Assembly: GCA_964188305.1 (NCBI GenBank)
Contig: OZ076895.1
Source: Podarcis bocagei
Lineage: Eukaryota
Strand: one strand, 5' to 3'
Length of the DNA stretch: 64,000 nt
The notes under the pieces are model-generated. The model did not search any database. It was not told where the DNA came from and saw only the letters and a list, made by a program, of their open reading frames with translations. Both the position numbers and the translations under genes were made by a program. Below, piece after piece: positions 40,404-53,256 of this stretch (positions are counted from its first letter, which is position 1; each line of letters opens with the position of its first letter).

Positions 40404-43334
40404 GTAAGAATCTCAATTCAAAAAGTTACAAAATGTGTGTTCATTTATATGGGAAATTTATAGTGAAAAATATTTAGGTCTGTATAGATGCATTCATTGT
40501 TTGCCTAAGATGTTTTACTGGTCAGTGACTGAAATTCCTGGCCTGGATTAAAGCCCGCTGTTATCTTACACATTAGTTTACAAGAAGTTTGTGAAATTAC
40601 AAATGTTAGACAACTTAAGGTGTTGTACATAAAAACTTCGTAGAAATATATAACACAACTTCCTTGAATATTTAAGGTTAACCTAGCACAAATGCCTTGC
40701 AGCTTGCAGCTGTAACTTAAATCAGCTGTACTTAAAATCCACTCAGAAGTTACATCTTATGCTATTTCAACATTTAAGGGGATGGTTGTTAGAGCGACGC
40801 CTAGGGTTGTTGATAGGAGCTGCGTATTGGTAAAGGTAACAAAGTAAAATGAGCTGTTAAAGCAGCCTTCCCCAGCCAGGTTGGGTCTAAAACTCCCATT
40901 AGTTATGCTGACTGGGACCAATGAGAGTTGTAGTTTTAAACATCCAGAGAGCACCAGATTTGGGGAAGGGGTTTCCTTGGAGCAAGAGGCACATGCACTG
41001 AATTTGAGGAAAACAATGTTGATTTTTTTCAGTCTAGGGAACTTGTGTGTGTAGGCAATGAAACCTTAGTTTATGGTATGTGTTTAAATGTACTATTTTA
41101 AACATTTTCTTTCGAGGAAAAAATAAGATAAAAATTTAAATAAACCATTCAAGATAGTGAGATGGTGCTTTTCTGCTAAACCTTTGCTGCCTGTGGGAAG
41201 GGTTTCAGAACTACCCAAATACTTAATATGTAGTAAAGCAATTAATTTGTCCAATGCCTATCCCAGCCTTTCCATAATTATAATTGGCAATTTATGTTTG
41301 GGCATTAAACAAGTTCTCAATGGGTGAAGGCACTCAATGCCATCAGGTTAAGATCACTGTTCTTGTTTTTGAAATTCCACCAGTCACTAGTTTCCAGACA
41401 AAAGGAGGAAACCTTTTATGTGCAGTATTGCACTTCCAGCAATCCAAATGTTTTTCTGTAAACACTTCTAGTTGCAGTTGTGTTACGTATCAGTTGTGTG
41501 CCATGCTGGATAAAATTTTAACGTTCTTAAACTCATTGTTCACAGACTGCCTTGTTTTCCCTCAAAATTTGTGGAATCTGAAACTCCCTAAATGAATTTT
41601 GTTTGGGGCTAGTAGTCTGTATTATTTACTCCGAACAGCCAGAAAGACAAGACAATGCAAAATTGTTAAAACAGATACCTTGTAAATCAAAGAATTATGA
41701 AAATGAGTGGGCATATCTATGAGGTGTGCTTGTTGTTTTTCTTGGAGCAGAGTGCCTCCAATGAGATATCTCTAATGTTTGGTTGAAAAGAATTTTGTCT
41801 TGAAATGTACAGGCACCAAACTCTGTAAGGTAGTATCTATTTCCAGGTTTTAGCACCCTGCAATGCTTAGGTATCTTTTGCTAAACCCTTTTATCTCTAT
41901 CGAATGGACCGTTGCTTTTTATGGTATAGTAGCCTGAAGGAAGAGAAGTGTTTCCTTTTTCCTGCTACTAATAATTACTGCTTGAATAATTCCTTCCTGT
42001 AGCAGGAAAAAAATGTAGTGGTTGCTGTTCCAGCTTTTGTATTTTTTTCCTTTTCTCATTAATCCTTGGAGCAGAATTTTGAGACACAATGTGATGAATA
42101 AATATTGCTCCATTAAGTTTTATATGAAAGAGTAGGACAGGATATCCCAGCTTGCAGGAATTTCTACATTAAAAAGTGGGGAGAATCTTTTTTGTGTGTC
42201 TCTAATAATTCATTGGAAAATAATAGAATGGAACTTGTAAACTCGTTTCAATAGGGATACATAGTCTGGCCTGAATTGTGTTAAAAATATCATCCATGTT
42301 GGATAAGAAATGATTCTTGTGAGAGGGCTGTCAACTGAAGCTTTCAACTGAAGAGCTATTTAAACACCCAAGAAGCTTTCAGTAGTCATGGTGAAGGTTA
42401 CCAGTGAGTCTGCAACTTGCTTCTATATGTACTACACTCATCTTGAAATGTGGATGAGTATGAGGTCCAGTTGAATAGTACTGAAATACCACAGATGGGA
42501 AGTGATAAGATGTGTAAGGGAGAAACCTGGACTTGTTCCAGCTAGTACTGAACTAATGAATTAGCAGAAATGCAGAATCTCGCTCACCGAATGACTTGCT
42601 GAGTGATCCTTTCCTACATGAGAAGGATTAGTTCAAAGGTGAACCATGTAGATCTAATTGTTGAGGCCAGATATACAATTTCCGCTATCCTTAAAATAAA
42701 AATGTATTTGCAGCCTATGTGTTGGCCTTGCCTATTATTGCACTATGGGCTTCTGTGTAATATGTAATAAGGAAAAGACCCCTTAGAGATGTAGCTTTGC
42801 TTCCTCCTAATGTTCAGCATCTAGATGGGTGTTGCCATGTTGTGCATTGTGGTTATAAAAAGAATTACTTTTGTATTGGGAAAACAGAAACAGACTTCTG
42901 CTTAACTCTCGTGTTTGTTAATTTAAATTTCTGAAATGACTAGGAATTTCAGCATATACTGGAATGATGTGCTCCAAAACAAATGCTTGACTTTCTTGGG
43001 AATTGCTTTGCTTGGAGTCTGCAGCACATATATTTGTGGGGAAAACTCAAATAAAACCACTATTAGCCAAGTAACACTGTGGGTAGGCGAAATCTGCAGC
43101 TATCTTTCCCCCATGTTAGAAACGTCTACAGTAGAGTTCCACTTGATATTGATATTGTAACTTCTAGAATGCATAGGACATAAAGAGTCCTGTTAAATTC
43201 ACTAAATACCAAAAGAGCAACTGTGCAGCATATACTTAAGGTGTTTGTAGAATTACATAGCAAAAAGGGATTTGTTAAGTGATGTATAGATAATGAAATT
43301 GCTCTAAAATTGTATTTTTCTTTTTAATATTTAG

Positions 43335-43532
43335 GCTTAAGTGGAAACCCGGCAGATATAGAAAGGAGAGCAGCTGTGTTTGGAAAGAACTTTATACCTC
43401 CTAAAAAGCCAAAAACATTTCTTCAGTTAGTATGGGAAGCACTACAGGATGTTACATTAATTATATTAGAAATTGCAGCCATAGTATCATTGGGCCTTTC
43501 TTTTTACCAACCACCAGGAGGGAATGAAGCAT
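43335..43532 (+). CDS. ATP2B1: ATP2B1 exon 3 ([12 protein letters not shown]...[37 protein letters not shown]; TM1)
   Basis: ttag acceptor ending 43334 and gtaagt donor at 43533. 198 nt, in frame with exon 2; canonical PMCA sequence. Confidence 0.97.
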
Positions 43533-43619
43533 GTAAGTAAAGAGTTTGTTTCTTTATACTTGTGTACCTCAAAATGTATTTCAGAGTTTGGGTATTGTCT
43601 GCCAGTTTATGTATTGGTT

Positions 43620-43995
43620 ATGTTGTTGTTTATACCCTTCTGTCTTGGGAGACAATGGAGACATGTGCCTTTGTGGGTGAAGTCAAACATCGGAAAGTTA
43701 CAGCAGCTGCTGTGGCTGTAGAGACTGATATGGAGGAGACATGTTTGGTTGCAGCTGGGGCAGATGAAGGTGTCTGGTTGTGCTGCTGCAGATTCAGCAT
43801 GGCGTTTCTTTTCTTTTCTTTTTTGCACTCCTCCCAGCTGTCATTCCTCCTCTGGTGTGGTTACATGACCTGACTGTCTGTCTCCAGGCGCTGCGGTCGT
43901 CTGCAAGAGATTCCCACATGGCAGGCTTGATGTTGCCAGCCTTCATGTCTCGTTTGCAGTAATCTTCATATTGCAGAATTGGTCCTCATGAAGCC
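43620..43995 (-). mobile_element. RTE-clade LINE 3' end
   Basis: FICPSCNQTCLLHISLYSHSSC resembles the C-terminal Zn-finger of RTE ORFs; short (CAA)n tail. Confidence 0.65.
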
Positions 43996-44271
43996 ATTAA
44001 GTTGTTTTATTGCTTCCTATTATAATTGCTTCATAGTACAATTGTATGATAAGCAAATTCTGGTTCAAGTGCCGAGTAGAATGACTTCTAGTCAGCACTT
44101 GAACCAAATATTTAAAGTTCTGTCACAATGTATTTACTAAGAGATTGTTGTAATTTTGAGGTATACTCTTTAATTTCCCCAAATCTGAGGTGTACTCAGA
44201 TTTCTTTCCTGGAGCGAACCTAAGCTCATGCTCTCTCTTCTTGCTCTCATCAAGAAGGAGAAATGTAAATA

Positions 44272-44523
44272 CAGTGGTACCTTGGTTTAAGAACAGCCTA
44301 GTTTATGAACAACGTGGATTAAGAACGCTGCAAACCCAGAAGTAGGTGTTTTTGTTTGTGAACTTTGCCTTGGAAGCAGGACATGTTCCGCTTCCTGTTG
44401 AGTGTGTTCCATTTGTAAATTGAGTCCCCTGCTGCTATGGGAAAGCACGCCTTGGTTTAAGAACACTTTGGTTTAAGAACGGACTTCCGGAATGGATTAA
44501 GTTCGTAAACCAAGGTACCACTG
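44272..44523. mobile_element. Tc1/mariner-pogo-type MITE
   Basis: TA-CAGTGGTACCTTGGTTTA ... TAAACCAAGGTACCACTG-TA. Confidence 0.88.
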
Positions 44524-47189
44524 TAGTTAAATTGAAGCGTTGGAATACAGGAACTTCTGGCTCTTACACTGAATTATCCCTTGAGAAAGGAACCAGAGCA
44601 AAAGAAGTGGGGGCAGGCTCACTCCTTACCAATGAAAAGGGGAGGCTTTTTTACTTGTGGCACCAGTGTTGTAGAATGCTCACCCTGCTGAAATAAGAGA
44701 AGCCCCATCAGTATTGGTGTTCCATCAGTTCCTAAAGGCATAATAGGGTCTCTCCTGACGATTTTTGGGTGCGGGGAGAATCATTTCCTTAGGTCAGTTG
44801 TGAAGAACTCATAGCCCTCCAGATATCATTGGACTCCTGCTCCCATGTGCCCCAGCCACCATGGCCAGTGATTAGGGATGATGTTGTTATAGTACCACAA
44901 CATATGGAGAGCTACAAGTTTTCTACTGCTGCTTTGGGTAATCTGGACCAAAGCTATTTACAGCTTTAAAGGTTCAAACTAGCACTTCAAATTGTGAACT
45001 GAAATAGGTTTGAAGTCACTGCAGTTGTGCCATTATAGGTGTGAATGTGTTACCAATGGCTATGTAATGCACTGCTGCTTTTGGAACTAACTGAAGTTTC
45101 TGGATGTTATCTGAATGCACCCATATGATGGCCTAGTTTAGACAATCAGATCATTGATTAATAAATCTGGATGTGCACAACCATCATGCACTCAAATGTA
45201 GCCCTTTTGCTTCCACTTCTTTCTTTGATCAAGTGGAAAAACAAACCAGGCAGCTGCAGTTAACCATGACTTTCCATTATATGTGAACCAAGAATTCTGA
45301 TGTTAGTGACCTCTGAAGAAGCCAGGATTGGATCACATGAATGGGCTATATGAGGTTCATGCATATCCTGACTTTCTAAGCCAGGATTTGATTAAACATG
45401 GTAACAGAGTCTACCCTCATGGTTATCAAAGCATGTTTGATGAAGCAAATACTGTCTTTTATGAGTGGGTGTAGTTGGCCTACAAACCTAAGAAGGTATA
45501 AAGCATTCTTGGCTATGGTGACTAACTGAGATTCTAGGAATAGCATCTCTTGCATGCCCAGCTCTTCAGGAAATTAAGTCCTCTCCAGAACTGCTGGTTC
45601 CTACATCTGTAGGAGCTATCGCCAACAATAAAATCAGTCTAGCCTAGATTTCTTTATCATTTATTATTCTTTCAGTTCCTTTTTATCATGCATTCAGTTG
45701 TTATCCATAGGTACCATTTAAAGAATTTAGTACCTAGTGGATCTACCAAAAAGGAGAAATAGGATGTAATTACCCCCCTTTTTTATATTACAGTATCTCT
45801 CTTTCATGTAAATTTTAAAAAGTATTACAGAAGATGGAACTTTGTAGAATATCATACAGCATACCTCGCTCCACAGCTGACTCCTGCCTGATAGGTATTG
45901 AAGTCACTGCAATAAAGTGTAACTTCTAAGCCATGACTTCGCAGATTGTCTAAGTCACACTTAGACAGAACAACAACATACAAATTTATCAAAGCAGAAG
46001 TTGTCTTAAATCTAAGTAGCTCAGGCTTCATGTAGGTTGATTTAAATGGTTTCTCTCCTCCTTCACGATTATAGTTCAAGTATTGGATACCTGCATTGTT
46101 TTCTACTATACTGCAGAATATGGGGGAAAGTATGGAATTTGACCAATAACGTGTTTATTCATTTTCTACCTAAATTTTTATTACAAAAATTGAAATTAAT
46201 GGCCCTAACAATCATGCTCGTTAATTTAAATGGGTTTATTCTGAGTAAAACTTAGTGAATATTACCCCAAAGTTTCCCCCCATAAACTAGATTGTATTTA
46301 TCAGCTGCAGTCACACACACACCCCAACTGAATGGGGTTGTTGCTTTTAAATGGAATTAATGATGAAACAAATTTTGGTGTGTGTTGTCTTTGATTTAAG
46401 GTTCTTAGAATGGTGATTTGTTTCCTCCACCAACCACTATGGCAAGTGATCTGACTAAATCATGCAATGTCAAGCATATCACTGTGCTCTTAATGCCTCT
46501 CAGAAACAGTGTTCTAAAGGGGAAGAGATGAGAGAAATCTGTTTTATTTAATTGATAAAACACTACCTAATTTCTAGCTTTTCCCAATTACGTAATTGGA
46601 TTCTAAGGCTGCTTGTTTTTGAAAAATTCAACTTGTAAAACACAATGAGCTTTAGTTTTAAAAAGGCTTCTCAGACAGCTGAAATGCAGCCTTTATAGTT
46701 TAATTGGAAATTTGAACAATCTTTCAAATAATTTTATAATTTAAACTTAAGAATGCCATCAACAAAAGGGGAGTGAAATCTGGATGGGGTATTTCCACCC
46801 ACTCACGCCACTGGGCAAGAAGATGCAAATGAGCAGGAGTCATCTGATTGGGCCAGAGGACCTCTCCCCAGTTCACTTCCTGCTTAGCTGCACTGCAGGA
46901 CATCTGTTCCCCACCCTGTCTTTTTACTAAGCCAGGGTGGGGTAGCAACTGGATTTTTACCCTTTCCTTTGCTTTTATTTTACCATCCCATAGTGTAAGT
47001 GAGCCTCACTTAGGCCATTGCCAAAAGGAAACCAAGGAAAAAGCATAGGCATGGAAGAAATGGGCCAGATGATATTCCCAGCAAATAATCACCAACAATA
47101 GTAAAACTGAAATGTGTCACCACCTCATTTGCAAGAGCAGGGAAGGCTATCATCATAATTAAACCTAGTGAATGGATTTGTCAAAACCT

Positions 47190-48200
47190 GTCCTAGCCTG
47201 AACAGGTGATCCACAAGTATACTGTGCTGAATGGTTTCAAAAGCTGTGAGATCCAGGATAATCAAGTAAAAATTTCTTCTCAGGTTAACCCCAAACTCAT
47301 TTATTTGCAACATTCCTGTATTGCCAAATAAAAATATTCTTCAGGCAGTTCACACAAGTTAAAGCCATGAAGTTGGTTTTAAACTAATAAACAGTCAAAA
47401 CAGCAACATAATAAAACCAGCAACAGAAAACAAATAGTGCAACACATTTCAGTAATAAAACAAACAAACAAAAGCCTGGGAAAATGAAAGGTCATTACAA
47501 GGTGTTGAAAAAGACCACAATGTAGGTAAACTCCTGGGGGGTGGAAAGTTTTCCATAATGGGCACCACTACTGCAAATGCTCTTTCCCTTGTGGCTTCCA
47601 CTTCAGCGGATTTGGCAGGGACATATAGAAGTGGGCCTTCAGGTAATGATCCTTCAAGTAATTTGGCTCTAAGCCACTTGGGACTTTAAATGTTAATACA
47701 AGCACTTTGAATTGAGCTCAGAAGCAGACAAGAGCAAATCCCACAGGAAGTTATCAGAACATGGATGACTATAGCAAGGCTATCTTTGTCCAGATAATAT
47801 CATAACTGGTATATCATTTTGAGCTGATAAAAAGGTTCTCTGAACTACCAAGGATGCATGTGCATTAAGAGACAGTGCTGGATCCAGGAACACCCTCCAG
47901 ACTATGCTTCTGTTCCTTTGGGGAGAGTGCAACCTCCTTCAGAACAGATTGTGCACCACTCAGCTTGTTGGATAGACCACCCACTAATAATACGTCTGTC
48001 TTGTCTAGATTGAGTTTCAGTTTATTGCCTCTTACCCAGTTCATTACCATGCCCAAGCACTGATTTGTAATGTCCACGGCCTAACCTAGTTTTGATAGAA
48101 AGGAGAGAAACAACGAGAAGTCATATGTATATTGGAGACATCCAAAGCCACACCTACAAATAACCTCAGCCAAAGAGTTCCAAACAGGCTCAAGACTGAA
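47190..48200 (-). mobile_element. L2 LINE fragments
   Basis: IILDLTAFETIQHSILVDHL and CLGMVMNWVRGNKLKLNLDKTDVL are decayed L2 RT motifs (LDLSAAFDTI; WM..NKLKLNP.KTE). Confidence 0.75.
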
Positions 48201-48582
48201 TTTTAGAACTGAAACATGACTAGCAGTTCTCTTGTTCAGGCATTCCCATCATTACCCTATTCTTGGGCAGAAAGTAATCTGACCTGGATGATGTGTTTAA
48301 ACTCTGAACCAGATATAAATGCACTGGAAAAAGATAACATAATGAATGTACTGCCCATCAGTGTACCTTTTATGTCAAACTATTGCCATTCTTGTCACAT
48401 CTAGAGTTCTGCATGAATCATTTAATAGATAGTTGGAGAGTTTAAAAACATACCCATTCTCTCTCATTTCTTTCTTCTTTGACATCAGTTGAGTCAGTTC
48501 TTTGGGCTAAATAGGACTATCCTTTGTCAAAACTTCAAAATAGACTTAATCCACAAAAATGAGTAATACCTACGTGATCTCC

Positions 48583-48586
<4 letters not shown>

Positions 48587-48623
<37 letters not shown>
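48587..48623. repeat. (TG)n microsatellite (others at ~22838, 30396, 49913)
   Basis: Uninterrupted GT dinucleotide run. Confidence 0.95.
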
Positions 48624-48626
<3 letters not shown>

Positions 48627-49015
48627 CAAAACATGAAAACTTAACCACCTCTCTAATTTGTTGTATACTGACAGTTACATTCTTTTTATCCTTGGCTTTA
48701 ATCTGTTAGAACCTGGAATATATTATTGGACAGAATGGATCAGACTTATCTTGAAATAAATGGAAGAGATTCAGGAGCGATGTTCTTGGTTGATCAAATT
48801 TGCTTACATATTTATCCATAAATTTTGTAGTACTCTGCCAAGAGTTGGTCCCCATCGTGCTACCTTTTTATAAGCCCATAGCTTCTAAAAAGTGAATATG
48901 GGAATCTGTTACATGCAACGGAAAAGGTAGAAACTTTAAATCCTATGATCACAAGAAAAGAAATTTAAGTATTGATGTAAGCTCTGCTACCAGAACTTTT
49001 TGTTATGGACTAGAC

Positions 49016-49911
49016 CACGGGTGTCAAACACAAGGCCCGCGGGCCGAATCCGGCCCGCCAGACCTCGTCGTGTGGCCCGTGTAGCCGCCGCCGGCTGCCA
49101 GTCTATGGATTTGTTGTCTCGGCAGTTTCACGCGAAGCCGCCGCTTTTATCTCGCGATATTTGGAAAGCGTGCGGGTTTTTCCCCCTCCCCCGCCCACTC
49201 CGCCGGAAGCGCCGCGAGGCATTCGAAACCCGGCGGGAGTCGGAAGCGGCGGTGCGATGCCCGTGGAGGAGAACGGCGGAGCCTCGTCCGGGAGCAGCGC
49301 AGGTGGGGAGCCGCCAAGAGAGGCTGGGCTGCCTCCTCAGGGTCCGGGGGGAGGGTGTTTATTGTAGGCTAAGGGGTCTCCTGAGCATGTGCAGAGCGCT
49401 CTCCGCCTCGCCCGCCCCGCCCCCCAGCAGAAAGCCCGTGAAGAAAAGCCCAGCAGCAGCAGCACCCTTCTTTTTATCGCTTATTGTGCAGGCGAGGCTG
49501 CCTCCCCCGATATAGATAGAGATATGAGAGAGGAGGAAGTCAGAGAGGTGGAAAAAATATGGGTCTGGTGTCGGTGGGATTATAACCTCCCTCATGAGGA
49601 TAAGTCGGAATTTAGCAAAGTAGGGTGCAGCTTTCCTCCCCCCTCCAAAAAACAAACAAACAGAAAAGTTTGTAGCACTGATCCTGAAGCCAAGGTACAA
49701 TTTTAGCATGCTGCTATTATTTTCTACCTCATTTCGCTTTGTAGCTGGTGACCGGTATCCATTACTTTGTTGTTTGTATTCTTGATGAATGCTATATTAT
49801 AAAAAGACAACAACAGGGGGACAACGGAAGAATTCGGGAAATAGATGGTGGCAAAGGGGTTGGAGGTCTTTTAAGATAGAGCTTTCAGGAGCTAGAACCA
49901 ACAAGTACCGT

Positions 49912-49944
<33 letters not shown>

Positions 49945-50246
49945 CACATAACAAGAAGCAACAAGTACTGTGTTTTATATATGGATTATTTTGTGCTAGT
50001 TCTTAAGGCAGGCATATCCAAAGTCTGCTTTGGGGCCCAATTCAACCCTCCGGCCGGTTTTATCAGGCCCCTGTGGCAGTTCATTCATTTATTGCTGTCA
50101 AATCCTTTAAAAAGGTCAATAAACCTTGGGGGGACATCCCCCCAAAAGCTCTTCAATCCTAAAAAAAAGCTCAACTTTGGTCGGCCCTCATGCATGTTCA
50201 CTTCCATCAAATCTGGCCCTCTTTGAAAAATGTTTGGGCACCCCTG
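49016..50246. mobile_element. hAT-type element carrying captured CpG-rich cargo
   Basis: Termini CACGGGTGTCAAACA / TGTTTGGGCACCCCTG; perfect 8-bp TSD GACTAGAC at 49008-49015 and 50247-50254. Confidence 0.85.
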
Positions 50247-51150
50247 GACTAGACTATGTGTGGGGAATCTTTGGCCCTCCAGATGCTGCTGAACTACAGC
50301 TCCCATCAACCCCAGCAAGCATGATCAGGGAAGGATGACCAAGGAAGATGGGAATTGTAGTTCAGAAACATACGGAGTGCCAAAGGTTTTCCATACCTGG
50401 GCTTGACTATCTAGGATTGGTTCTTAATTAAAATACATCAAGATTTACATCTAAATTACTTCTGCGTTAAAGCCTTCTTCCTAATGTAGTTAAATACCAG
50501 CTTCCGTTGCTGATATTTCTGCGTTCAGTTGCATCTTAGTCTTGTGAAATGGAGAAAAATAATCTTCTGTGGGAAGGAGTCATGTTCCTCGGGATTTCCA
50601 CATTCATTGTATGTCAACAAAATGATCAAGCATAAGAATATCTTTCCAAAACTGCCAATAATTTTGCAACAAGCCCTCCACTTACCTCTCTGAAACAAGA
50701 GCAGTAAGGACCCCATCAGTCCTTTGTTCCACTTCCAGATCATGGCAATTCTAGTATAGACAGGAAGAACGGAGATTGCATGGGTCTGTTTGCAGCACAT
50801 AGACATCTGGCCTGTTATTAATAGTCTCTGTGTACTCACCTGTAGTGGGCAAAGGTGAAAGGCAGGGAAGCTCTATGCGATGTGCAAACCCCTCTGTTTT
50901 TCCCAAGCCACTTTTGCTTTAATTGTTGAATGCTCCAAGGCCAGCATGAGAAGAAGGGGGAGGTTTAGGGATATTTCTCCAGAAATACCCACACACCCTG
51001 CATGGGCATAGATACCTTGGCTGTGTACATACCAGAGTCTTAATGCACATGTGTGTCACACAGACCTGATTTTTCCATGTGTGCTTTTGGTCACATTCAT
51101 CTGCACATGAACATTCATTTGAACTCTTTTAAGTGTTTTATTGTCTACGC

Positions 51151-51304
51151 CAGTGGTTCCCAATTAACTATGTTCTGCAGACCCCCAGTTTTTGAATAGC
51201 CAAGCCATGGACACCCTACTTTTGAAAATGTTATGGTAGTTTTTGTTATGTAAATGGTTCTGTGGACCCCTTGGGCTCCACAGACCACCAGTTAGGAGCC
51301 ACGG
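51151..51304. mobile_element. Decayed hAT-type MITE
   Basis: CAGTGGTTCCCAA ... TTAGGAGCCACGG termini; weak TSD. Confidence 0.5.
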
Positions 51305-51984
51305 GTGTGCACTAGTGTGGTGTCTTGATAGGATGTATTCTCACTGTGAGGTGTTGTCCCCTCCCCTCAATAAGTACTTCCTTACTTGTCCCAGAGTTCC
51401 AGAAACTGAGGTCCATTGTGGGTATGTGCACAGGTAATTGTTTACCTGTGCGCTGAGTAATTTTATTTTTATAATTGAGATGCAAGTTTTCCCATGTACT
51501 AAACTTGAACAAAGCTGTGAGTTGAAAAGATTGTCTGTTGCACCACAGTGGAAACACCAAATTATATTGGGGGGAATGTGGACTGCCACTTGGATGGCGA
51601 CTGAATCATGTGGATGACATGAAAAGTATGCTCACGTGGAATGCATTGAATGCACTTTAAACTGCTGTGTGTAAACCCTTGTCGACTGATAAATTTAATC
51701 TGAATAATCCTATAGCACTTGTAATATAGTGGTAGGATACCACTGTCATGGTAGCCTAATTGCAGCCACGTAATATGAACATTAACCATATTTTTAAAAC
51801 TCAAGCTTTGTTGTAACCTTAGGAAAGCTGTCAAAGCTAGTGTACATTTGATATGGGGCCTCAGTCAGTATTATTGGATTTCTTGTGTAATAAAGTTTGG
51901 ATGATAAATTTCAGTTTTCAGATTAATGCAGAACAATATTAAAATTTGAGTATGCGATGCTGATTATTTGTTTACTTTTTCCAG

Positions 51985-52239
51985 TATGTGGAACAGTAGC
52001 AGCTGGTGAAGACGAGGATGAAAGTGAAACAGGGTGGATCGAAGGAGCTGCAATTCTCCTGTCTGTCGTTTGTGTGGTATTGGTCACAGCTTTCAATGAC
52101 TGGAGTAAAGAGAAACAATTTAGGGGACTGCAAAGCCGCATTGAACAAGAGCAGAAGTTTACTGTCATCAGGGGTGGCCAAGTCATCCAGATACCTATAG
52201 CTGACATAGTTGTTGGTGATATTGCACAAGTAAAATATG
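51985..52239 (+). CDS. ATP2B1: ATP2B1 exon 4 (TM2, [34 protein letters not shown]...)
   Basis: ccag acceptor and G|gtaaat donor; 255 nt. Lies within ORF 51957..52259. Confidence 0.97.
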
Positions 52240-52325
52240 GTAAATATAATTATTTATGATGTCATCTCTGGTAACTTCTTATTGAATGTATTTTAAAAGT
52301 ACCATTTGGGCTCTTTCTTTTTTAG

Positions 52326-52451
52326 GTGACCTTTTACCAGCAGATGGTGTACTTATACAAGGAAATGACCTCAAAATTGATGAAAGCTCACTGACTGGAG
52401 AATCTGATCATGTTAAGAAAACATCTGATCGAGATCCTATGTTGCTCTCAG
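52326..52451 (+). CDS. ATP2B1: ATP2B1 exon 5 (actuator domain, DLLPADG...[12 protein letters not shown])
   Basis: tttag acceptor and gtgagt donor; 126 nt. Contains the P-type ATPase TGES motif; preceded by an 86-nt intron. Confidence 0.97.
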
Positions 52452-53026
52452 GTGAGTGATCAAATGATAGCGAAGAACTGGGCATGAGGTATTTTGGAAA
52501 CTGGACAAAGTTTCCTACTTCAAGAACTAGGTTATGTGAAACACTGTCTTTCTAGGTGACACCATGCTAAGATCTAGTACTCTTATGTATTATGTATCAT
52601 GCTTTTAACCTTCTCAGGGCCGGAAAGATGGGTCTTAACAACAGGTAGGATTTCAGACATACAAGCATCCTTTAATGTGATTACTTTAAGCTAGTGTGCA
52701 TCGCTGAAATGTCTCAACTTTCCATATTTATTAAACACTGTTTGTAGGGTAGTTTTATTAGACGCTAGTAATATGGATGCGGTGACCCCCTGAATTAAGT
52801 CAGCATGCCCTCATTTAGCTCCTCATCAATGAAATAAAAGATGAAATTATTCAAAGCCTGAAGTGAGTTATACGGTTAAGACTGCAGAAGTACTGCAGAG
52901 TGTTCCAGTTGACAGAATTCAGTTGTGCAAATATACAGCTATTGTTTTCCACTATACCCCAGAGACTATGCAGATTTAAACCTTATTGCCAGTCTCGAAT
53001 TAACTGATTCACTGTCTTATATAGTA

Positions 53027-53256
53027 CAGTGGTGCCCCGCAAGACGAATGCCTCGCAAGACAAAAAACTCGCTAGACGAAAGGTTTTTTCATTCGCGATT
53101 TGCCTCGCAAGACGAATTCCCCTATGGGCTTGCTTCGCAAGACGAAAACGTCTTGCGACTTTGTTAAACCGTTTAAACCGTGCTTCGCAAGAAGAAAAAT
53201 TCGTTAGACGGCAAAAATTGCGGAACGAATTAATTTCGTCTTGCGGGGCACCACTG
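53027..53256. mobile_element. Tc1/mariner-pogo-type MITE (CGCAAGACGAA family), minimal form
   Basis: TA-CAGTGGTGCCCCGCAAGACGAA ... TTCGTCTTGCGGGGCACCACTG-TA; perfect 22-bp TIR. Confidence 0.92.

Noticed and set aside
40404-40477. Read-through tails of the ORF-track calls at 40199 and 51957
   Set aside because: They are intronic; similarity to PMCA1 stops at canonical splice sites.
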